Of a stretch of 64,000 bases of DNA, positions 41,601 to 53,453 are shown in pieces; the first letter of the stretch is position 1; each line of letters starts with the position of its first letter. The notes below the pieces were generated by a model that did not search any database, had not been told where the DNA came from, and saw only the letters and a list, made by a program, of their open reading frames with translations. A program made the translations under genes and the position numbers. The DNA is from Eledone cirrhosa (taxonomy: Eukaryota). The stretch lies in NCBI GenBank assembly GCA_964016885.1, contig OZ024753.1, positions 36,022,001 to 36,086,000 on the forward strand, in the 5' to 3' direction.

Positions 41601-42765
41601 GTGGCTCTACCTGGAGTGACTCTCTGATCTCTGATCTACAAGTCTGTCCAGCAATTATTTCCTGAGACATTCTAACCACCTGCTCATAGTATTGGAACGG
41701 TGATCTCTCAATTTGGAGAAGTAGTGGCTCTACCTGGAGTGACTCTCTGATCTCCGATCTACAAGTCTGTCCAGCAATTATTTCCTGAGACATTCTAACC
41801 ACCTGCTCATAGTATTGGAACTGTGATCTCTCAATTTAGAGAAGTAGTGGCTCTACCTGGAGTGACTCTCTGATCTCTGATCTACAAGTCTGTCCAGCAA
41901 TTATTTCCTGAGACATTCTAACCACCTGCTCATAGTATTGGAACTGTGATCTCTCAATTTGGAGAAGTAGTGGCTCTACCTGGAGTGACTCTCTGATCTC
42001 TGATCTACAAGTCTGTCCAGCAATTATTTCCTGAGACATTCTAACCACCTGCTCATAGTATTGGAACTGTGATCTCTCAATTTGGAGAAGTAGTGGCTCT
42101 ACCTGGAGTGACTCTCTGATCTACAAGTCTGTCCAGCAATTATTTCCTGAGACATTCTAACCACCTGCTCATAGTATTGGAACTGTGATCTCTCAATTTG
42201 GAGAAGTAGTAGCTCTACCTGGAGTGACTCTGATATGAGCTATGCACTTTATCGAGTAACGTTACTCCAAAGACCCTTCAGAGGAATTCCATTTTGGCCA
42301 CTTGTATTCTACATAAACAGATGACCCAGAAAAATATTGATAAAAGAAACTAAAACAACAAAAAAAAAGCTCTTACCAGCAATCCAGTCTATTGTAATAT
42401 CGGTTATGTAAAGAAATCCACCATCTTGTTGGACAACAGTCTCCAAACCCGTTCCATTTTGTCTGATTCGACGGAGTTCCTTTACTCCCCTATTAGAATT
42501 GAGATAGTAAATGTAGTTTTCCCGTACTAATACATCAATACCAGCATGACTGTTTTGGGCTGAAAGAGACAGAATGAACCATTAATGTATGACATACTAC
42601 TAGTAAACAAATATATATATACATAGATATATATACACACTCACAGACAGTCATACATGTATTTACAATTGTTTGTCTGTTGACATCGTCCATTTTCATA
42701 ATGTTATCTTTCAAATGTTCAGTACACACACACATATACATACACACACACAGAGAGAGACAGAC

Positions 42766-42809
<44 letters not shown>

Positions 42810-42997
42810 AAATAAATTATCGGAGTCATAGACTTCTGTTAGTCCCTGTAATAATTTAGTTAGTCCTTGCACATAATTTACAGGGACTAACGTGATATAG
42901 ATTCCATACACGTGTGGTTTTTCCCTGTATATTGATAAACACACACTCTCTCTCTCTCTCATGTGTTATCTTTTCTACATATTATATATATATATAC

Positions 42998-43051
<54 letters not shown>

Positions 43052-43488
43052 TACGTTATTCCGGGTTGAATCGGAGGTAACCACAGTAAGTAAGGTACTC
43101 AATACGTAGCAGAGTATAAAAGTTTTAATATAGATGAGATTCTATATATATTCTATATTATATATATATATATATATATTTTTTTTTTCATTCTTACGTC
43201 CGCTTTTTCCCTGCTTGCAAGAGTGGGACGGGAACTGATTCTGGCTTGATTTCTACAGTTGGATGCCCTTCCTAACACCAACCTCATTTACAGTGAGTGC
43301 TGGGTGCTTTTTTGCCGTGGCACCTCCACAACCACTTTACAGTGGAATGATAGGGACCCCAGTCCCTATCATCTCATTTCTACAGCTGAGTAAACTGGAG
43401 CAATTTGAAATAAAGTGTCTTGCTCAAGGAAACAACATCACCCGGTCTGAGAATTGAACTCACAACCTTTCGATTGCAAGACCAATGC

Positions 43489-43526
<38 letters not shown>

Positions 43527-43531
43527 GCATA

Positions 43532-43587
<56 letters not shown>

Positions 43588-46500
43588 TATGCCCTTATGG
43601 ATAAACGAATACACTGCTACAATGTAATATCAATATAACTTTAAAAAATGGCAATAGCCACACGTAATGGAATAACAATCTTTTAAGAACCAACAATCGA
43701 ACATGCTAACTCGAACTTCAACTCCACCTTTGGACTATCAACACGCGAACTGTAAAACTAGTACCAGCCCTTTTCACTTACTCAGGCCACTACTATTTAT
43801 ATGTAGTGGCTCAGCCTTTACCATGAAAACATAATAGCAAATAACTCATAATGCTAAAGGGTTAATAGTATAGAAAGAAAAGTAGAAAATGGTGAACAAA
43901 TTTAGATTAAAAAAATATGTCTTACACGTTATACCAATTGGTGCCATAGCATCATTATGGTCATTAGGATCAAAAGAGAATGCCTGGATTACGGGATATT
44001 TATTTACTATGAGAAATGATGATATAGCTGAAACAAACAAACAAATGAAATAAATAAATAAAATAGAATAAGAAAACATTACAGGAATACAACGGGAAGA
44101 AACATAGTAACATCACTGATGATGTCACAGTTATGTGACGAAAGAACTCTGAGAAACTATATTTATATCTATATTTTTAACTGTTGGTCAATCAATGATA
44201 AACATTGATTGCCAGCTGAATTAATTATAAAAATATAAAAAAATATACTGAAGCGAAAACCAACCCAAATCAAACTGATGATGATGATAATGGTGGTGGT
44301 GGTGGTGGTGGGATGACGATGCCGGTGGTGTTGTTGTTGGTGGGGATGATGATGATGATGATAATGGTGTTAGTGGGGGAAGATGACCACCACCACCACC
44401 ACCACATTATTATTGAAGATAAAAAAAAAAGATGTCAGTAATGAGTATTACTTACATATACATTGATTGTTTGAATTTAACTTCATGCCTATTGTACATT
44501 CACATTTGTGAGAATTTATTCCAGTTGGTAAACATAGCTGTTGGCACCCACCATAATTACTTCCAGCACAGTTTGTTGTTTGAGCTAAGAAATAGAAAAA
44601 TTTTACAGAATATCAGTTAACCCTTTAGCATTTATATTAATCTATATTTATGATTGTATTTTCTCAGACCAGCAATTATCCCAGTGTATTACTGGTGCTT
44701 TTATTTTTATTGACCCCAAAAGGATGAAAAGCAAAGCTAACCTCGGTGGGATTTGAACTCAGACCATAAAGGACCATAACTCTATGCTGCAAAGCATAGC
44801 GTCCAACCCTCTACCGATACTGCCAATCCACCATACTTCACATAATAATTGTTTCTACTTTAGGCACAAGGCCAGCAATTACCCAGTGCATTACTGGTAC
44901 TTTATTTTATCGACCCCGTAAGGATGAAAGGCAAAGTCAACCTCGGCGGGATTTGAACTCAGATCGTAAAGGGACGTAACTATGCTGGAAAGCATGGCGT
45001 CCGACCCTCTACCGATACTGCCAATCCACTGCCCATACTTCACATAATAATACGTTCCATACTTACAAAATTTTTGCCGGTTGTAAACCACTTTTATTGG
45101 TCCAATTTTGGCTATATTGGTGAGCATTGATTTACCAGCAGAAGACAATGATGAGAGAGGCACTACAGTTAAGGTTTCCATATCTTTCTGGGCATAATAA
45201 AGATATCCTTTATAGACGGCAACACCAGTTACAAAGTTCAGATTATCAACCATCACTTCACGTTCATTTCTCTCAATGTCGTATTTTTCTATCTGTAGGG
45301 GAAAAAAAATACACACACACATTTATATATATCATCATCATCTTATTTTCCATGCTTCCATAGGTCAAACGGGTTGTCCACACTATGAAGCAAGTCAGGC
45401 CACTTGGCCACGCCGTACCTTACTCAAACAGAACTGTATTTTTGCCAATTTTTTTTTTTTACAGCTGGATGCCCTTCCTAACACCAACCACATTTACAGC
45501 ATGGAACTGGGTAGTCCTGTTATGAAAGGGGTCTGGCTAATTAGCTGTGCCATCCCCTTGTTCATAAGTAGATCTGTATTTGGGATATACTATTTCTAGC
45601 GAGTTCAAAAGATAAAATTGCTGTAAAATAGTTTTCCAAAATTTATTCAGCTTTATTCATTATTTACTTTATTACACTATTTTTAGAATTGAGTACTTTG
45701 TAGTTATTGTTGTTTGTTTATAGAATTGTACACTTAATTGCATTTATTTTAGTAAATGTGACAGCAATGGATCCAGCACCTTTCGTGCAAGCTTTTGTCC
45801 ACTTCTTAGGACCGACTGACCCATGCTTGACTGCCATTGACATGGAACCCTTCTCTACTTTGGTCTTGGAAGGAGTGTTTGAGGACTCTGCCCTAATGAC
45901 CCTCTCAGGAATAAATGAGAGAAGAAGAAGAATAGAATTGTATTCATGAAAATTACTTCCATAATCATGAGAAGACAAGATTCTAAGACCAAACTGAATA
46001 TATCTCTACTTACTTTACCAAGCTGGCTATCTGACCAGTATAAAATTGCTGCACTTGCATCTTTGGTGAGGTAACCTGGAGTTTGCATATCATCTTTAAC
46101 AAGTACCTGTGGTTCAGACCCGTCCATTTTAATAACACTAATTTTAGCAGGGATGTCATAATTTCCTGTATCTGACCAGTAAAGTAATCTGTACAGAGAT
46201 TTTAAAAAAAAAAAAAGCAGAAATGTTCATATTTATTTTTATACTATAGCAGAAAAATAATGTATCATTTACATTATATATACTATTGTATTATCTCACA
46301 TAATATCGGATCTATGGTTTTGATACTATTTATTTTAGGAACACTACCTTAACAACCGGTTACAGCCAGTTTGAACAGAAAGAGGTGAGAGAATTCTGGT
46401 CGAATAAGGCCAGTTTAAATGCTAACCTTTTAGCATTTACATTACTCTATATTTACTATTATGTTTTCATGGTAAAGGCTTTACTTCACATAATTATCTT

Positions 46501-49500
46501 ACATAATATCGAGTCTACGATTTTTATATTTATTTTGAGAACAATACCTTAATGTTGGTATGAGTGGCTAGTTATAGATGGTTTGAACAGAAAGAGGAGA
46601 GAGAATTCTGGCCGGATATGACAGGTTTAAATGCTAAAGGGTTAAAAGTCCCAAATTTGTTTCAGCATTGCATCATAGGGTAAAGTATATGGATTTGACT
46701 CTTAACCCCTTGATCCCATAATGACTGAGATAAAAATAAAAATGCCAGGGTAGTTTGATAGTTAAGTTTCAAATCAAAATCATTCACAAATAAATCAATA
46801 ACACTGGTCAACACATATTTGGTGACTTAGGTTTTGTTTTGTTTTTAGCTAATTTTGAGGTGCTGATTTCAAATATGGCATCCATTTTTTTCCTATTTTG
46901 TTATGCATTGTATGAATAATATAATTTACTTAGGATGGATTACTAAGTCTTATAACTTGAAACCATAAGTTATAATGCCAATAGAATCTGATATGATAGA
47001 TGAAATATAAGATAACAATAGCTTTTATTAAATACATCTTGTTAATTCTCAAATAAAATGGATAAAACACAAACAATTGTACACTAACCAACATATTCAT
47101 GGAACAAATTTTTGCTTACGAGATCGCCTGGCATGTTTCATGTCTACACAGTCTCTTTGAATACTCCAACAGTGGTCTGTTATCATGTGTGTGTGTTCTA
47201 TCTACCTTGATATCTCTTAATCTATGATGATTTATTACAATACCATTTAGTTATTAAACCCATGGTAATTCATTGACAGCAAAACTGTTTTAAAAGCCCT
47301 TTGATATCAAACTGCCTGAAACCACCCCTGGTACAATGATAGGAAATTGCCTATTTTATCTAAAAAATCTTCCATCATAATTTCTTTTCTAAGAACCTTT
47401 AAGTTATGTTCCAAACACTAGAAAGTTACTTATATATCTAAATCCATGCAAATTCTTTATTATTTTCAAAATAATTTGAAAATTATATGTAGTATCTTTC
47501 ATTAGAAAGATGGTAACAAAAAGGTAAAAATTTAGATCTTATGAATTTTAAAATCAAAATTCATGTAACTGCATTGTTAGATCTGAATAACTTCAGAAAA
47601 CATTTACTTTGTCGTAAAAGTTGAAGATACTTCTGGACAAATATCAGAAGAGGAGAAACAAAAAACAAAAAAAGTATGCAAACCCTTTGCTTGGATCAAC
47701 ACAAAGAGATGTTGGATTTGAGATATCTGTTGGTTTTCCTGTGTTTGACAGAAGAGTTTTGTAAATGGGAAAATCACTGTCAATCTTCTTAACATATATG
47801 CCTTTTGATATTTTACTAGCCCAGAACAAATTTCTTGAAATCCAGTCAATAGCAAGTGAAGTTGGAGAACCTATAAATATCTCAGTTTTCCAAGATGTCT
47901 TGTTCAAGCCTGTTGTTGTAATTTCCTGTATTGTTCCCTGAAACTAGAAAATAAATTAGGTTAACCCTTTAACATTTACATTACTCTATATTTACTATTA
48001 TATTTTCATGGCAATAACTTTACCTCACACAATTATCTCACATAATATTGAATCTATGAGATTTTGATATTTATTTTTAGAACAATACCTTAACATCAGT
48101 ATGAATAGCTGGTTACAGCCGATTTGAACTGAAAGAGGTGAGAGAATTGTGGCCGGTTTAAATGCTAAAGGGTTAAATTGTAAAACTGCAAATGACATTG
48201 TTATAAAATTTTAAAGCTTTTGATCTAGGACTCCAGTTTAAAAATATCACCTTTCTTTTCCCCTTTTGCTTACCAGTTTAAATGTTAGAGCATTAATATT
48301 TTAAAATAAAAAAAAAAATGAAAAGTAGAAATATCTAAGAACATTAGTGAAATGTACATCGTCTTGTTACAGAGACCTATTGTGATGGAGGTGTGACTGA
48401 GATTATAGAAAACTAACTCATACAACAGAACATGAGGAAATATTTTTGTTTGGTAATGTGAGAAAGGGTAGATTTGACAACTCATATTGACATGGAGGGT
48501 GTACTTGAGATGACAAACAACTAACATGCACAAAGGAACATGAGGACATTTATTTTGTTTCATAACGTAAGAAAAAACAGATTTGTCAATTCATATTGGT
48601 ATGGAAGGTGTTCATGATTTTGTCATCCATCCTTCTGGGGGACATAAAATATAGTACCAGTTAAGTATTAAAAAAAAACATTTAATATTTAAAAATGATT
48701 ATCCTTATAAAATAAATCTAATAAAAAACATACTTTTTGGATGTAATATATAATACCAGTCTTGCTGTCATAGTCAAAATCTAATGTGTATTTCCTGTAA
48801 CTTATTGGAAGAAATGCACCGATTGCCGGAGGGGAATTTTCCAAACTGATGTGAAAAATGCCCAGTGCATAACTGTAAAGTAAGTATTCAGCATCATCTG
48901 CAATAGAAAATTAAAATTAAATAAATTTAACATTTGATCATCATCATCATCATTATCATCATCATCATTGTTTAACATCCATCTTCCACGCTAGCATGGG
49001 TTAGACGGGAGTTGTCCCACTTGAAGCAAGATTGGTCGGGTGACCATGTCTCGCTCGTATAGGACTATCTGGCAGGTTTTCTACAGTTGGATACCCTTCC
49101 TAACACCAACCACATTTACAATGTGGACTGGCAGCTTTTTACCGTGTTACCTACACGGCCACATTACAGCGTGGACTGTGATTTTTTTTTGTCGTAGACA
49201 CCTACACGATCTCATTAGTTTGGACTGGATGTTGTGGTACCAACATAACTTTATAGAGAGAGGGTGGTGTTGGCAGGAGTGGGAGGATGGAGTGGGGTAG
49301 TGGGTTTTGAGCTTATGAAAATTGAATTAGATGATTTCACTCTAAATTTGACTAAGTAAAATAGTGTAATAATAATAGTTTCATATATAGGCACAAGGCC
49401 AGCAATTTTGGGGGAGGGGAAAGTCGATTAAATCGACCCCAGTGCGTGACTGGTACTTTATTTTATCGACCTCGTAAGGATGAAAAAAAAAGTTAACCTC

Positions 49501-51876
49501 AGCAGGATTTGAACTCAGACCGTAAAGGTCCGTAACTCTATGCTGAAAAGTATGGTGTCCGACTCTCTACCAATATTGCCGCGGGGTATAGGCCCACAGA
49601 GCAGAAAAAGATGGGCATCAGCACAATGTCCAAAATAGATAAAGATCATGTGATTTGGGCATGTTAATGTTTCAGACCTTGAAGCAGTCATCAATGATAC
49701 TAATGGCAAATACATTAAGTAGATGCATCAAAAAGAGTCAAGATTTGTCAAGCCAATTTCTTTCTCAAAAAGATCTTTTCTCTTATAACTTATGCATCTT
49801 TTACTTAACCTCTTCAGTGCCGTGGACGAGATAACTCATCCTAATATGTTTGAACTCTTTTCCAGCAATTCATAACTTCAAAGGGGTTACTAGTTTATTG
49901 ATGTTTGTCAATCAATCATATATGAGTTGTTAATGAGTTGTTAATAAATGTTGGTTTAAAAAAAAAAAAATTTTTACTGAAAAAAAACACCGACACAGCA
50001 ACTATAGTTGTGTGAAATATACGTGGCAGTCAACAGGTTAATCCAGGTAAATGTCTTCAAAGAACTGAGCAGCCCTGTAGTTGATTGAATTGCTCTCTAT
50101 GTGTGACGAGTACATATCTGATTCACCTTTGGTGGGGCTGCAATATTTTAAAGAACCAAATTTTTTTACCACAATGTAGCTATGTGGTTAAGTACCTTGC
50201 ACAAAGACACTATATATTTCTTGTTCTGAGAATTGAACCTACAGTCTTATGATCATGAGCCTACCACTAACTGCTATGCCATGTGCCATGTATACTGGCA
50301 TATGTATAAGAAAGAAAAATGTTCATAGCCAAAAAATTGCATAATGTTTTGAGAATAAGTCATCTTACCAGAGTTATTTATCTCCTTGCCATTAACTTGA
50401 TATAAGTGTCCTTAATTTTCTTTCAAGGTTGCTTTGCTGAATTTTTCTAATTAGAATTTCATATCAATTCCTCTAGTAAATCCATGTACTGTTTGTAGCA
50501 GTGTTTCTAGAAATTGTCTGGTTGTCGGAGATCATAGATATTATGTGGAAGGGAACCATAAAAAAACATATGCCACAACCTTGTATAATCAACAACTTAT
50601 TAACACATGCCAGTATTTGTATAAGTATGTGTGTTTGTGTCTGTATGTGTGTCTCTGTGTGTGGTTGTGTGTGTATTTACGTCTGCGTGTGTTTGTGCAT
50701 GACATGTATGTTTGTGTTTGTGTCATTCTGTGTTTGTGTATGTGTGTTTCTGGATGCACATGTGCGTGCATATATATATATATATATATATATAATGTGT
50801 GTATATATATATATATATGTATACATATTCTTATAAATATATATACATATTCATATAAATATATATATAGTAGTAATAATAATATTTATACTTATATATG
50901 TTTAATATACAATTATAAATATGGAGGGTAGTACTAAGTACTAGCCAGTTACTGGTAGGATAAAAAGCTCAATGTAAATAATCAAGTGTATTACAGAGCC
51001 GAGATACAAAATATTAAAACAATCAAATCTTAGTTTAATACATTTATTTGCTGACAATTGTTTCTTCCAGAGGGATGTCTGGAATCATCAGAGCATAGAG
51101 AATGTTTAAACAGGTGATTAAAATCCTAGTCTTCAGAACATTTAGGTAGATACATAACTGTTGTCAGTGTAGTAGACATCTGACTCTTGCATTATATACC
51201 CCTAACATTACCTGATTTCCAATTCTATATCTTCTATCTATACTATCTTACATTTTTTTGCTTGTACCTTTTACACATGTATTACCTTAAACAATACCTT
51301 TATACATAATATGCTTATTTTTCAATTTTCACCATTGCTCCTTGTAATTGTGTTTTCTGAAGCATAACATTCTTTTTTAACTCCCGATTTTCTATATGAT
51401 GTCTACGACACTGGAAACAGTTATGTATCTACCTAAATGTTCTGAAGACTAGGATTTTAATCACCTGTTTAAACATTCTCTATGCTCTGATGATTCCAGA
51501 CAACCCTCTGGAAGAAACAATTGTCAGCAAAAAAAAGTATTAAACTAAGATTTGATTGTTTTAATATTTTGTATAAATATATATATATATATATTTTAAA
51601 AATAATATGTGTAAGTCAAACATGTTAAAGTTGGCTTCGTTTATTCTAATTCGCTGTTATATATATTTCAGTGACAGCCATTATTGGCTGTGACCTCATC
51701 AGGCAGTAAGAATTCAGGCAGAAAAAAGCAGGAAAACATGATGTAATGTGTTCTGCCCTGTTAATTCATCGATATCTCCAGCTTCTGGGTGTGTTGTTAG
51801 TCCTCATAGGAACTGGAAACAACCAACACATACTCAAAATGTATATATATTTTTATATATATCTATATTATGTGTG

Positions 51877-51932
<56 letters not shown>

Positions 51933-52517
51933 AACACACATGTATATATAATGAGTGTGTGTGTGTATATGTATATATATATATATATATAATGAGTGTG
52001 TGTGTGTATCATCATCATCATTTTACGTACGCTTTTCCCTGCTTGCAAGGGTGGGATGGGTCTTATTCAGCACAGCATCTCTCCACTCGTCACGGTCCCT
52101 CGTCATCTCCACCGTGAGCTTCAATGATCTGAGGTCTGTTCTCACCACCTCCGCCCATGTTTTTCGTGGTCTACCTCTACCACGTCTTCCTTCAACTGGC
52201 ATTTCCTGGCACTTCTTCACCCATAGGTCATCCTCCATGCGCATCACATGTCCATACCACCTCAGTCTCCTCTCCCGCACAATTCATTCTATCCCTCTCA
52301 GACACAGTTTCTCTCTCAACACATTTAAGCTGGGTCGTTCACGCACATTTACACTGCACATCCAACGGAGCATGCTTGCCTCATTTCTCTCCAGCCGTCG
52401 CATATCCTCTGCAGTTGCTGCCCATGTCTCACTACCATGCAGCATCGCACTCTTCACACAGGCATCATACAACCGGCCTTTCGTACGCAGGGAGAAACCC
52501 TTCTTCGTCAACAGAGG

Positions 52518-52580
<63 letters not shown>

Positions 52581-53419
52581 CTTATAATTAAAACATTTAA
52601 AAAATGTATTGATCTTGTTAGTTTATTTTATTTAAACCATGAAATTTCCAGGGTGTCAGCTAGTTAAGATGAATGCACAAATGAGTATTTTTTTTACTTA
52701 CCAGTAACGCACACCTCACTAGTTTGGCCTGGTTTCATTCCTACTGGACATTTACATTTATATCCTTTTGTTCCACGGGAGAGTAAGCAAAGATGGCTGC
52801 AAGGTTTACTGCTACAAGGATTGGTACCTATCACAAAAAATTACAAGTAATGGAATGGTTAATGCTGTTGGCATTAGGATGGGCATCTAGCGACAGAAAC
52901 CAAGCTAGAAACAGTTCTGAATGAGCAAGACATGTTCTTGACTCAAATAGGACATGACTTGACTTAAATGAGACAACTTGTTTAACCCTTTAGCATTTAA
53001 ATCGGCCAAATCTGGCCAGAATTCTTTCACCTCTTTCTGTTCAAAACGTTATGGTACTGTTTTCAAAATAAATAATATCAAAATCTCATAAATTCGACAC
53101 TATGTGAGATATTTACCGTGAAAATGAAATAGTAAATATAGAGTAATGAAAATGCTAGAGTTAACCCTTTAGCATTTAAATTGACTTTATCTGGCCAGAA
53201 TTCTCTCACCTTTTTCTGTTCAAACCAGCTGTAACTGGCCACTCATATTGATATTAAGGTATTGTTCTCAAAATAAATAATATCAAAATCTCATAGATTC
53301 AATATTATGTGAGGTAAAGCCTTTATCGCGAAAGTAAAATAGTAAATGTAGAGTAATGTAAATGCTAGCGTGGTAAATAGACATTAAAGAATGATGATGA
53401 TGATAATAAATACATAATA

Positions 53420-53453
<34 letters not shown>

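Larger units (their letters stand above)
51004..51574. mobile_element. hammerhead-bearing inverted-repeat element (arms 51004-51180 and 51398-51574), probably Penelope-like or retrozyme-type
   Basis: ~177-bp near-perfect inverted arms, each with a hammerhead; no ORF; class is inferred. Confidence 0.6.
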
